Of a DNA stretch of 64,000 nt, positions 25,461-50,129 are shown piece by piece. The translations under genes and the position numbers were made by a program. Positions within the stretch are counted from its first letter, which is position 1. Every line of letters begins with the position of its first letter. Under the pieces are notes generated by a model. The model was not told where the DNA came from and made no database searches. It saw only the letters and a program-made list of their open reading frames with translations. The DNA comes from the human T2T-CHM13v2.0 reference genome, Homo sapiens: the NCBI RefSeq assembly GCF_009914755.1, contig NC_060931.1; one strand, written 5' to 3'.

Positions 25461-26317
25461 AAGCACTGTCCAGCATATTTCCAGCCTGAAATATGCAATG
25501 TAACCAAAAAGCCGAGGTTTGGCTGAGAAAGACCTGGGTTTGGCACTCAGTCATTCACTCTCAGTGAGACCCCGAGTAAGCCACTTCACATCTCTGAGCC
25601 TCGGTGTCCCAACTATGAGGCTGGCCTCTGCATTTTGTAGCAGCAGCAGCATTTACTATGTCTCACTGCACCTGCTGCAAGCTGCTTGGAGCAAGTCTCC
25701 GTCCTTCCCACTCCATCGCTTAGCTGCTGGTTCATGCACCACCCAGCCCTGCCCCATGTTGGCAACAATTTGCAAGGTAGACTAGTTAGTTACTCATGCA
25801 CATAGTGCTTTTGATCTTCCCACTCCCTGTTGACAAATACGTTCAGCAGTAACATGGTAGATATTAGTATGAACTATCACTATCAGGAAAAAAAGTGTTA
25901 AAATGCATATCTATTGGCTCAGTAGAAAATACTCCTTAAGGCTTTAGCTGTTGAAAAAATATACTGTTTGACACTTTCTCAAGTCCAAATGCAGTAGCTC
26001 ATCGTAACCAAAATCTTGGTAAATATAACACCTTCCCATTGGGATCCCAACTGCAGGCCTTGCTAGCACATGCCTTCTTGAAATGTGTGATAATTAACTG
26101 CTTGAAAAATAGAAATCAAATTAGTGAGTGATGTCACAGTGGATTCAAAAGTATGACTACAGCTTAAATTCAAAGGCACAGGGGTGCAGAATATGAACGT
26201 TTCATTGTTAAAGTAGAGTTTTTTTTTTTTAAAAAGTTGATAACATGAACTTACGCAAATATCAAATTAACATGCATCAAATATTTTATTCAACTCAATT
26301 AATAAAGGAACCAATAA

Positions 26318-27379
<1,062 letters not shown>

Positions 27380-28249
27380 CTATAGAGTAACATCATCCTT
27401 AGAGAATGTGTGAGACTACACCCTACAATCCACTGAAAGGACACCCAATAATCTCTTTTGCCCTTTTCCTAGTCTTTAACAGTTTTCCTGGCAATGTCAA
27501 GGCTCATAGCAAGGGCGATTTTGCAAGACACAAGATCACGCAGCCCTGGGCCCATGGTGCCTGTGAACAACCAGCCACCTGAGCAGGGAAGCAGCTGCCC
27601 CTTTCACTAGGACATGGTCACTTTGTCCCTACCCAGCCAACTTGGCTTGTTTCCCTTGGCCTCTGAGAGGGTTAGAGTTTTTCATCCCTGGTTACTGATT
27701 AATCATATTATATTCCCTTCCCTCCATCCTGGAGGGATGAAAACAGAGCAGAAACATTTAGTCTATAAACTGGGAAAGAGTTAGAAGGAGACAACGAGGG
27801 AAAAGAGACATACAAGTATTAATAGGACACGGACAAAGCCAAACCTTATCCACTTCATAATTTTGTGTATATCTGGCATTGTTCCAGGGCTGGGGCAGGA
27901 ACAGAGAGTGGGGTGGAGATGTCTCTCCACACTGACCTCTTTCCTGAACCCATTTGGCTCTTGTGGAATAAGGGAGAGCCAGGACATCCCCTATAACAAA
28001 TCCAAGATGGCTTCACCCTATTAACTGTGTGGACCTGGTGAAATGGAAGTAGCTAGCCACTCTTGATTAAGCCAACAATTTTCAAACTACTCCTGCTCAA
28101 AGCCCCATTTAATACTGACTTTCCCCACTGGTTAGTTACTCATCTCCTCCTTCCTGAGCAAATCCTCCTAAACAAATGGCAATTAACTAAGACATAATGA
28201 GGAGCTGCCTGATGGAGGCCAGAACATAGTTTCAGTCAAAGCCAGAGTA

Positions 28250-28900
28250 ATTCATTCCTTCCCTGAGCAAACACCAATTGAGCCTCTGCTGAGTGCTAGG
28301 CACCAGACCGGCTCTGTGGGAAATAAAAATAAGCCCACTGTCCTGCCTTCAAGGAGCTCCCAGCCCAGTGGGTGGAGAGGTAAGGGTGAAATTGCATGTC
28401 CAAAAGCAAAGAGAGGGAAGAAGAGAATTTCAGAATGTTGGGAGAGCAGTAGAGAAAGCACAAAGATGTAGATACAAAGGGCTGTGTTCTTGGCTGGGAA
28501 CTTCAGATAGAAAGAAGTGGCTGGAGCTAAGAGTGAATGGGAGGTGAGACTGCAGAAGGAGAGGAGGGCCAGGTTAATGTAAGTATGCCTTGAAACTGGG
28601 GTTCAATGAGTCCTTCATTTGCTAGGTGTTTGTTGAGTACTTCCTATGCACCCAATACTGAGTCGAGCCCTGCTAACATAAATACAACTGAATACGAAAT
28701 GGCTCTACCCTCAATAAGTCACAATCTAGTGAAGAGAAAGAGCTATGGAAATACTCTCAGTGGAGCAAGTTAAGTGAAAAAATAGATGTGCTTAAGTGCT
28801 AAGCGAACTCCGCCCACGGGAATAGCGAGAGGAAGGCAGGCCCCTTGGGAGGTTTTGCAAAGGAGCCATATAATTAGTAACATGCCTCTTGGCATGTTAG
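28250..28900. mobile_element. L2 fragments
   Basis: ATTCATTC...ATTGAGCCTCTGCTGAGTGCTAGGCAC-type L2 3' motifs. Confidence 0.55.
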
Positions 28901-28975
28901 AAGTAGAAGACAAGAGGAATTAGGGGATGACAACTCATGATCCACTCCAAGGGTCTATGTTTATAGACACTCTAA

Positions 28976-29363
<388 letters not shown>

Positions 29364-30502
29364 CTGAGGGCAGATTTCAATCCTGCACACATTCCTTTCT
29401 TCCCTTCTGCTGCATATACTTGCTCCTGCATTACATGTGTTGGACTGGTTTCTCCCTGCCCTGCAGCTCTGCAATGAAGCCCAGGATCTGGTTTCTCCCA
29501 ACTTTTGACCTTGGACTCACTGTCTGGCTGCAGTTCTTTAAACTGCTGATTCTATGAAAGGCCTTTGGGTCACGTCAGCTGCTGCTACCAGTTATTCAGT
29601 AACTAACTCACAAGCTCTGAGATTCCCAGTCAGGCGAGAAGGAAGAGCTTGCAGGGGCTCTGCATTCGTTCCGCTTGGCTAACTTGGTGTTGCAAAGAAA
29701 CTTTCTCCTTCTAGAGGTGAATTCCAGCTTTTACAGTCAGAGGAGCCAAAGTTCTGAGCCTGCAGTGCCATTCCCATCCTCCCCCAGTGCAGGCCAAGTC
29801 CACAGTCTTCTTCCTCTTCCCCAACACTGCACCAAAGCCTCTGCTGTCTCATGCTAGCCTGCTTCGTTGGCATCATTTTTTGACCCTCCCGGCCTCATAC
29901 TTTGCGGGCAAGGAAAATCATAGAATAATTTCTGTTTTCCTGACCTATTGAGAAACTCTGAAATGGTTTGTGCCCCTCATGTAGTCAGAGAGACCCTAAA
30001 CAGAATCCATTCTGCTGTATTCCTCATGGGACCATTTGGAATACAACAGACCCCAGCAGGCATCAATCATCTGCCATTTCAGCTAAGGAAGGAGAGAGTG
30101 AGCCTCTCTTTCATGGCATTCGGTTTCCTGGCTCTGGATTTGACCTATGCGCAAACTTCCAGGGTGGCTTGAGCATAATGATGCTATCAACCAGCTCAGA
30201 TGCCCTAGGAGGTGGCCTTACAGAAATGGTAGACTTGTGGTATGGCACAAATGTAGGCTGGCTACCTGTCTACACCTGCTCACCAGTCTGGCCAAGCCCT
30301 GAGACTGGCTGGGCCTGTCCACAGCACTGAGGCCCATGGGGACAACTATAGCTGTGTGTATGCCCATACAGTTAAGTGTCCTTTATGCTATGGGGTGGGA
30401 CTTGCTGTGTGCCCCTCCTCCAATAACCTGCCAATTCCAATCATTCTGTACCTTCCTCTTTTTCTTCATGCTGGCCTTTTTCTCCCCCCAGCTTTTTTTG
30501 AA

Positions 30503-30569
30503 TTTCAATTAGCAATAATCATGCCTTGGATAAACCTCATCGGCTACAATACTGCCACTGTGCAAAGCT
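30503..30569 (-). pseudogene. U4 snRNA 5'-fragment retropseudogene (nt 1-67, RNU4-2-type)
   Basis: Reverse complement AGCTTTGCACAGTGGCAGTATTGTAGCCGATGAGGTTTATCCAAGGCATGATTATTGCTAATTGAAA has 6 differences from U4, 5 of them at CpG. TSD CTGGCCTTTTT at 30471-30481 and 30570-30580. Confidence 0.93.
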
Positions 30570-31122
30570 CTGGCCTTTTTTTTTTTTTTCTGCAGGAAAG
30601 TATCCATGGGCCAAACCACAAAAGTTTTGAATCTTGAGCCAGTTCATCAACCAGGGCCAGTCCAATGAACCCAGACACAAACACACTCAGGCTTCTGGTT
30701 TTGGTGAATGTCAATGCCAGACACACTGTAGTGGGGATGAGGGGCGGAAAGGGGTTTGTCCCACATGAGACCCCATGGCAGCTGGCCGTGGAACTTGGGA
30801 AGCCATTGTCATTTTTATCACCCATTTGTCACAATAATACTGAGCCTCACCTGTTTCAAGATCTCAGGGTGGTGCCCTGGAACCTCAAGTGGTGGCATCC
30901 TCCTCAGCCACCTGCTGGCATCACTTACAGGCCACCTCCATCCTCCCAGTCACACTTCACTTTCTGACCCTGGCCTTCATCCAGTCCAGTCCAGGTCACT
31001 GGCCAAACACATGTGTTTTTAGGGTAAATAATTGCTTATGAGTGACCATCTTCCATCAGCCTCATGCCAACTGCTGCTCGTATTTATACACACTGTCCAG
31101 CACTGGGTAAAGCACTGAGTAG

Positions 31123-31938
<816 letters not shown>

Positions 31939-32419
31939 TCAGGTTTTTCCTTCCATCTCCTCTATTTCTGTTACCAATTTCTCAGTCCCTGGGATTAAAA
32001 AACCTGAAAATCTTCCCTCTAAATCCTCTCTAACAATTATCTCTCATATTTAATCAGTTTTCTGATACTTTAGACTAGATTCTTTTTGAATGCTTCCCTA
32101 ACCCAGTAGTTCTCAACACTGGTTGTCCATTAGAATTATTAGAGGAGCCATTTTAAAATAAATATGTGGGTCATGCCTGGGGCCACCTCCCTCAGACAGC
32201 TGTGTAGGTTATTCACTGCACTAGGGTGAGGGGGTTGTTCCAGCTCACGCTCTCCTTGCTAAGCCTTTGGCCCTAGCATGGAACTACCTTTGACTGGAGA
32301 AAAGGAAGCTTTTTTGAACTCACACAAAGGCACTGTAAGGGCTAAGAAAGGTCTGGCCATTTCCCTGAAATTCTGATTCAGCAGACGTAGGCATTTATAT
32401 TTTAAATAGTTCAGTGAGA

Positions 32420-34538
<2,119 letters not shown>

Positions 34539-34539
34539 T

Positions 34540-35880
34540 TGTACTTATTTCCTAGGGCCACTGTAGCAGATGACCACAAACTGGGTGCCTTAAAACAACA
34601 GAACTTTTTTACATGTCACAGTTCAAGAGGACAGAAGTTCAAAATCAAGATGTCATCAGGGTTGGTTCTTCTGGAGGCCCCAAAGGGTAAACCATCCTAC
34701 CCCTCTCTCATGCTTCTCATAGCTGCTGGCATCCCTGGGCATTTGTTGGCTTGTAGATGCAGGACTCCAATCTCTGCCTTCGTCACGTGGCATCCTCCCT
34801 GTGTCTGTCTCTGTGTGTCCTTTCTTCTAGGACACCTGTCATATTGGAGTCAGGACCCATCCTGATCTCAGGACCTCATCCTAACTTAACTAATTATATC
34901 TTCAAAGACACTGTTTCCAAACCGGGCTACATTCTGAGGTTCCGCATGGACACGAATTTTGAGGTGACACTGTTCAACCTAGTACAGTCTACTCACTGGT
35001 ACCCAAAATTCACACACACCCCATGTGAACAATACGTTCACCCTACCCCAAGACCCCCAAAAGTCTTAACCCTTCCAGTGTCAACTCTAAATCCCAAATC
35101 TCATTTAAATATCAACTCGAGAAGTCCCAAATCTCCTCATCTAAATTATCTAAAAAGGTATGGGCGAGACTCTGGGAATGATCCATCTTTCAACAAAATT
35201 CCTCTCTGTTCATAGACCTGTTAAACCTAGAAAACAAGTGATCTCTTTTCTAAATGCAATGGCGGAACAGGCATAGGATGAATATAGTTCCATTCCAAAA
35301 GGGAAATAAATAGAAGGAAAAGAGGGGGTTATTGGTCTAAAGCAACTTTGCAATCTAACAGGGCCAATTCCATTAGGTTTCAAAGCCTGAGAGTAATCCT
35401 CTGTGGCTCCATGCTGTGTCTTCTGGGCCTCTATGATAGCCCTGGCTTTACACTTTCTGGCCTCTGCATCTATGGCTCCGCCTTCAGAGTCATTCTTCCT
35501 CCATTTTATTCCATCTCTGTCTCATTCAGTCCAGACTGGCTGTGTTTGTGTTGGTATAAAATTCTCAGAAACCCTGCCTTCTGTGATGTCAAGGGAATCC
35601 ACGCCACTAGACACGAGGGTTTGTCACAGATTCTTCCTGGAGAGTTACATGCCTACCTTCTGCTGAGATGGTTGGATCCATGAGTCACAGGCCTGATCTC
35701 CTTAGCAAATGGTTGCTGAGCCACAGCCTTGATGCTTTATCCAGAGCACACTTTCTCATCTTTTGCAAAGTGAATAAACAGAGCATTCCATGAAGTTCTG
35801 ATTACTTTTCGCTTAACAGTTCCTTCCTCTGTTTCTTCCCTTTTGCATTTTACTATCAGCAACAAGGAGAAAGTAGGCCA
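34540..35880 (-). mobile_element. MLT1 (C/D-like) LTR 34540-34986 plus adjoining MLT1 internal region
   Basis: CCACAAACTGGGTGCCTTAAAACAACAGAA...TTCAACCTAGTACA, then MaLR-int-like CCCCAAAAGTCTTAAC. Confidence 0.78.
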
Positions 35881-35944
35881 AGTCTTGGATGTGAAGATTA
35901 CTATTTTCCATCAACTTTGGGAAGTTTTCAGCCATTATTTCTTT

Positions 35945-40530
<4,586 letters not shown>

Positions 40531-40652
40531 TTGCTCTTCTTTATCCTTAAAAATTGTGGTTATGAAGATTGTACAGAGAAAGAAAATGCTTATGCTGAAT
40601 GTGCTAATTTGTTAGAACATGATATATATCTAATTCAAACCAAAAAAATTGC

Positions 40653-43333
<2,681 letters not shown>

Positions 43334-43449
43334 CAGTCTGACCCTTCTAACCCTTACATTCAAAGAATCAAGCTGACTTCCAAGATGGGAGAATTGAGGA
43401 ATGTTCCTGTTCACAGACATTCTCAACCTTGTGTAAGAGAATAGGATGG

Positions 43450-43700
43450 CAATGAGAACACATGGACACAGGGAGGGGAACATCACACACCAGGGCCTGC
43501 CAGTGGGTGGGGGACAGGGGGAGGGATAGCATTAGGACAAATACCTAATGCATGCGGGGCTTAAAACCTAAATGATGGGTTGATGGGTGCAGCAAACCAC
43601 CATGGCACATGTACACCTATGTAACAAACCTGCACGTTCTGCACATGTATCCAGAACTTAAAGTATAATAAATAATAATAATAATAATAATAATAATTTA
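43450..43700 (+). mobile_element. L1PA 3' end with (AAT)n tail
   Basis: CAATGAGAACACATGGACACAGGGAGGGGAAC...AGAACTTAAAGTATAATAA. Confidence 0.92.
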
Positions 43701-44294
43701 AAAATAAAATAGGTGAGTGGCAAAGAGTACTGGCCTGGGACCAAATTCAGAGCTGGCAAACTCCTGGAATAGAAAGTTGTCCCCTTGTAATATACATCCA
43801 GAAGCTCCTGAGATTTTCAGCTGGTTTCCTGCTATTAACCTGAATTTGGTTTTACTTGATGGATTCTGGTCCCTTTCTCTGGTCCTGTTTTAAGCTTGGG
43901 CCATGATGTCCTGGGGCTTGAGGGTGAGGAGCAGGAGCCTCTGTAAGGGGAATAGGAATGGTGTGTGGAGGGGCACAGGGCGGGTAAATCCAGAGGAGTT
44001 TTCAGAGGGTGTCAAGATTCCACGTTCCAGTTTCAGGCCTGTACAGAGCTAGGAGCATCTGAGGCTGGGTAAGGATTTAAGGAAAAAGAGAGAAGATCCC
44101 AGAAACAAAACAGCAAAATAACATTATGAAAGCTGGGGGACTGGCAAATGCAATGTGACATTTTGTTCTTTTTTTTAAATTGACATATAATAATTGTATA
44201 TATTCATGGGGTACATAGAGATGTTTTGATACATATAATATACAGTGATTAGATAAGGGTAATTTGCATATCCATCATCTCATTTACCATTTCT

Positions 44295-44781
44295 CTTTTT
44301 TCTTTTTGAATTCTGGTGTATGAAATCTATTAAATTACGATACATATAAAAAATTCATGAGACATTTCTCTTTTGTAATAAATAACGCAGTGGCCAATTA
44401 TTTCTCATGAGCAGCTTTTTTGAGATAAGCTATCAAGTCCGCCCTTTCTCCCTTCTTCTTAATGCCGCCAAAGATCATTTTTGTTCCAGGTATCTAATTC
44501 TTTGGATTCTCCAAATACTCTATCAGTGTGTCCTCTCCCCAGGTGATGCCTTTGTTCTTACTGGTGTCTGTGTAGCAGAATCCAATGGCACCTGTCTTCC
44601 ACCCAAAGAGACCATGGAGGTTAGGCTCAGTCTTGTGCTTGCCTCCCTTTTCCGTGGTGTGGCACTGGGCACACTTCTGAACACAAATATTCGTGCTTTT
44701 CTCAACATCACCCATATTTAATTCTCTCTTTTGTCACTGGCACTGTGAAGGTTCCTACTCAGAAACCAGATGTCCTGCTCT
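44295..44781 (-). pseudogene. CYCSP20: Processed pseudogene of somatic cytochrome c (CYCS)
   Basis: ATG at 44715: [20 protein letters not shown]...[39 protein letters not shown] to ~44398. Spliced 5'UTR, short 3'UTR, A-tail remnant at 44295-44308. Degenerate TSD CTCATTT(AC/TT)CATTTCT at 44279-44294 and 44782-44797 inside an L1. In-frame stop at Y74 and a one-codon deletion. The pseudogene number is recalled from the locus and is less certain than the CYCS call. Confidence 0.95.
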
Positions 44782-45169
44782 CTCATTTTTCATTTCTTTG
44801 TGTTAAGAACATTCTATATCCATTTTTTAGCTACTTTTTTTTTAGACGGAGTCTTGCTCTGTTGCCAAGGCACACTCTCACCTGACTGCAATATCTGCCT
44901 CCTGGGTTCAAGCGATCCTCCTGCCTCAGCCTCCCTAGTAGCTGGGATTACAGGTGCATGCCACCCCACCCAGCTAACTTTTGTATTTTCAGTAGAGATG
45001 GGGTTTCGTCATGTTGGCCAGGCTGGTCTCGAACTCCTGACCTCAAGTGATCCGCCTGCCTCGGCCTCCCAAAGTCCTGGGATTACAGGCATGGGCCACT
45101 GTGCCTGGCCCGTTTTAGCTATTTGAAGCTATATATTGTTACATCCAGTCATCCTACAGTGGTATAGAA

Positions 45170-45691
45170 CAGGGGTCCCCAGCCCCTGAGCCATGGTCGC
45201 ATAACAACGGTCTATGGCCTGTTAGGAACCGGGCCACACAGCAGGAGGTAAGCAACAGGCTACTGAGTGAAGCTTTATCTGTATTTACAGCTGCTCCCCA
45301 TTGCTCACATTACGGCCTGACCTCCGCCTCCTGTCAGATCAATGGCAGCATTAGATTCTCACAGGAGTGCGAACCCTATTGTGAACTGCACATGCCAGGC
45401 TCCTTATGAGAATCTAATGCCTGATGATCTGTCACTGTCTCCCATCACCCCCAGATGGGACTGTCTAGTTGCAGGAAAACAAACTTAGGGCTCCCACTGA
45501 TTCCACATTATGGTGAGTTGTACGATTATTTCATTACATATTAATATTACGATGTAATAATAATAGCAATAAAGTGCATAATAAATGTAATGCGCTTGAA
45601 TCATCCTGAAACCATCCCCCACTCCCTGGTCTGTGGAAAAATTGTCTTCCATGAAACCAGTCCCTGGTGCCAAAAATGTTGGGGACCACTG
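45170..45691. mobile_element. MER1A (hAT-Charlie)
   Basis: CAGGGGTCCCC...GGGGACCACTG TIRs; perfect 8-bp TSD GTATAGAA at 45162-45169 and 45692-45699. Confidence 0.92.
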
Positions 45692-46378
45692 GTATAGAAC
45701 TCTAGAACTTATTCCTTCTATCTAGCTGTAATTTTGTATCATTTAATAAACATCTCTCTAACTCCCACTTCCCTCTGCCCTTCAAGCCTCTAGTATCCTC
45801 TGTTTTACTTTTTACTTTTATGAAGTCAACTTTTCTTAGCTTCCACAAAGGAGTGAGAACATGCAGTATTTAACTTTCTGTTCCTGGCTTAATTCACTTA
45901 ACATAATGTGCTCCAATTCTATCCGCATTACTTCAAATAACTGGATTTCATTCTTTTTTTAATAGCCGAATAGTGTTCTATTGTGTACGTATACCACATT
46001 CTCTTTATCCATTCATCTGTTATTGAACACCTAGGTTGAGTCCATATTTTGGCTATTGTGAATAGTGATGCAATAAACATAGGGGCACAGATGTCTCTTT
46101 GATATACTGATTTCTTTCCCTTTGAATAAATGCCCAGTAGTGGGATTGCTGTATCATATGGTAGTTCTATTTGTAGTTTTTTGAGGAACCTCCAACTCTT
46201 CTCCATAGTGGCTGTACTAGTTTACATTCCCACCAACAGTGAATAAGAGTTCCATTTTTCCACATCCTCACCAGCATTTGTTATTTTTTTGTGTTTCTGA
46301 TAATAGCATCCTAACCAGAGTGAGATGATACTTCTTGATGGTTTTGATTTGTGTTTCCCTGATGATTAGTAATATTGA

Positions 46379-46601
<223 letters not shown>

Positions 46602-48434
46602 TGAGATTACACCCATGTGCCACCACCACACCCGGATAATTTTTTATATTTTTAGTAGAGAGGGGGTTTCACCATGTTGGCCAGGCTGGTCTCCAACTCC
46701 TGACCTCAAGTGATCCACCCTCCTGACCTCAAATGATCTGCCTGCCTTGGCCTCCCAAAGTGCTGGGATTACAGGTGTGAGCCACCATGCCTGGCCCATT
46801 TGCCCATTTTTTAAATTGAATTATTTGCTTTTTTGCTATTGAAGTGTTTGAATTCCTTGTATGTTCTAGATAATAATCCCTTGTTGGATGAATAGTTTAC
46901 AAATATTTTCTCTCATTCTGTTGATTGTCTTTTCACTCTATTGATTATTTCCTTTGCTGTGTAGAAGCTTTTTAGTTTGATATAATCCCATTTGTTTATT
47001 GTTACTTTTGTTGCCTATGCTTTTGAAGTCTTATAAAATCTTTTCCCAGACCCATGTCCTGAAGCATTTCCCCATGTTTTCTTCTAGTAGTTTTATAGGG
47101 TTGGGTCTTACATTTAGGTCTTTGATCCACTTTGAGTTGATTTTTGTATAGGATGAAAGTCAGGAATCTAGTTTCATGCTTTTGCATATGAATATCCAGT
47201 TTTGCCTCAACCATTTATTGAAGAGACTATCAATAAGGGTTCTTGGCACCTTTGTCAAAAAACAGTTGGTTATAGATACATGGATTAATTTCTGGGTTCT
47301 CTATTGTTCCAGTGTTCTATGTGTCTGTTTTTATGCCAGCGCCATGCTGTTTTGCTTACTACAGCTTTGTAGGATATTTTAAAGTCTGGTAGTGTGATGC
47401 CTCCAGCTTTCTTTTTGCTCAAGATTGCTTTGACTATTTAGGGTCTTTTGTGGTTCCATATACATTTTAAGATTTTTTTTCTATTTCTATGAAGAATGTC
47501 GTTGGTATTTTGATAGGAATTGCATTAAATCTATAAATTTCTTTGTGTAGTAAGATTTTGTTCTGAATGCTAAAACTGTAGGTATAAATAGGATGGCACT
47601 GCTGGCCCAGAGGAAGGCCTGATTAGCCAGGGTGCCCCCTAATAGCTCTGACTTCACTAGTACCCAACCTTCTCTCAGTACTTTGAGGGATTAAGACAAA
47701 AATATCACATCATAAGTCTGATGCTGAAACAAGTTTGTTCCTTTAATGAGATAGTTTTTGACAAATTGGATCCAACATCTCCTGTTAAAATGGAAATACA
47801 TATTTAGAGTCGTGGTAGGGCAGGTAGACAAGTAACAAGCCTGAGTGGCCATCACCACATTGGTATGAATTAATTTAGGAACAAAGAAAAACTTCCTGGG
47901 AGGATATGATCTATAATGGGATGGTTGGGGGGAGGGGGTTGTTAGTGGTGGTGGTAATGGGTTATTTTAGTTTTGAATGTGTGTGTTGCAGGGAAGGAAA
48001 AAGGTTGGTGGAGAGTTCAGAGCCAAAGCCATGCTGAATGACAGGTGGAAGACAGTCTGATGGATCATAGTCACTGTTCTTAAAGAATACATAATTCAGG
48101 CTTGCATGAGACAAGATGAACCACTGACATCCTAATTTCTCAAAGTAGTCATTGGAAATGGAAAGAAGAGCCAGGATTTATTGGAGGGTATATTCACACA
48201 GAAGGGGTTCATGAAGGTGAGGGACCCTTTCACCTCCCCACTGGGCAGAAAGCACTTGCCAGAAGAAAGGGTTGCAAAAGAAGGTTGAACTCAGCAAGAA
48301 AAGTGCCTTGGGTCAGTCTCTGTACTGCTAAATAGGGCCTACCACCCTACCCTGCCAATCCCTACATAGGCCCTGTCTTCAGTAAACACTAGAGTTCGCT
48401 TACCTTCCATTCCAAGAACCAATCTGACATCTGC

Positions 48435-48788
48435 TGTATTAGTCTGTTTTCACACTGCTGATAAAGACATACCCGAGACTGGCTAATTTACAAAAGAAAG
48501 AGCTTTAATGGACTTACAGTTCCACATGGCTTGGGAAGCCTCACAATCATGGCGGAAGGCAAGGAGGAGCAAGTCACATCTTACATGGATGGCAGCAGGC
48601 ACAGAGAGGGCTTGTGCAGGGAAACTCCTATTTTTAAAACCATCAGATCTCATGAGACTTATTCACTATCATGAGAACAGCATGGGAAAGACCTGCCCTC
48701 ATGATTCAATTATCTCCCACCCAGTCCCTCCCACAACATGTGGGAATTCAAGATGAGATTTGGGTGGGAACACAGCCAAACCACATCA
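48435..48788 (-). mobile_element. THE1 (THE1B-like) solo LTR
   Basis: TGTATTAGTCTGTTTTCACACTGCTGATAAAGACATACCCGAGAC...CCAAACCACATCA; 5-bp TSD TCTGC. Confidence 0.93.
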
Positions 48789-49109
48789 TCTGCTGTGCCT
48801 CATCCCACAGATAGCAGAGCTTCCTCCTAATCTATCAAGAGTTCAGCATTTAGTGAGTGGTCAGGATCTCACCCTTCATTTAACCAACTAACCACCACCA
48901 ACCAACCACCACCATCAGAGGTGGGCCTAAGGCAGGCCTTGGGGTCTCTGGGAAGTGGGCCATGCTCAGTCTACATCCCAATGTGCTATGGCTCCTGACA
49001 CCCTGAGCAGGGGCTCTCCCTTGCACACACCAAAGGAATGACTGGGCTTAAAAAACGTGCCAACTTGCTTATAAATCAGTCTCCTCAGATTCTACAATTC
49101 ACCGAGCCA

Positions 49110-49300
49110 TAAAACCTCAGAGCTTCAAAGATGCTTAGAAAATATCAAGGCCAGGGTTCCCAGGAAGCCTCAATGCTGCCATTTTACAAAGGAAGAAACT
49201 GAAGTGCAGAGAGATTAAGGGGCTTGTCCAGGTCACACAGCTACTTAGTGGTAGATCTGTAACTAGAAAGGTTTCAGTTCACACTCAATGTTCTTTCCTC
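49110..49300. mobile_element. MIR
   Basis: CCATTTTACA...GAAACTGAAG...GGTCACACAGCTA. Confidence 0.75.
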
Positions 49301-50129
49301 TAGAATCTAACCTCTGCCCCCTTGTTATTTTTGGCATGAGAGAGGAGGATTATATTTATGTCTCTAGAAAAGCTGTGCTTTTGGATTGAATTCTGATTTT
49401 CTCTTCTCAAGTCTCATTGAGAACCACATGAAAAAACTCTGCTGGATTTGAGTTAAAAAAAAAAAAAAAGAATCTGAAGAAAAAAATAGCAAATCTGGTA
49501 TCCTAATGAGATAATGAATGCACAAGTACTTTGAAAGAGGTACAGCACTTCAGTGCTTTTCAGATATGAGGTTTTGTCATGCTCTTGAAAGAAATGCATA
49601 GGCTTTACTGACATGGGGGCTGGGGCTGGGTCTGGGGCCCTGGCAGAAATGGGGAAGCACAGGCTGTGGCAAGGGGGGTTTCTCCAGAAGGCTGACTCAT
49701 TTCTTGGCTGTCCCAAGCTTAGAGAGCCAGATTTCTTAGGGTTGTTTACCACCTTAGTAAGGAACTGGTGGAGGGTTTTTTTCTGGAGTTAAGCACTGCA
49801 GGAAGAGCTGCCCACAGTATGGGGGTGGGTCATCTGCTTCTGGACTGCCCAGGCCAACTGTGGTTACCCCAGTTAACTGTGGTGAACTGTCCACATAACC
49901 AGCCTTCTGGATCTGCCTTTCAAGGAGTCCCACTGTGCTTCTCCCTGCTGAGGCCGCTGAAAGGGCATAGGCAATTGCTAGAGGTGAAGAAAAACTCTGT
50001 AGCTAAGCTATAAAAACAGGCATCCTGAATCTGGCTACATCCTGGTAATCTTGCACATAGGATGAATCCTAAGAAAAGGTGAGTCTTGTTAATGTGCACA
50101 GCACACAAGCCAGCGGGATGGCGTGCCAG

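Noticed and set aside
29400-31100. Cluster of 60-120 aa ORFs around the U4 fragment
   Set aside because: No recognisable homology; probably unique or very ancient repeat DNA.
47630-47646. CTCF-like GGTGCCCCCTAATAG
   Set aside because: Two mismatches in the core's informative end and no supporting context.
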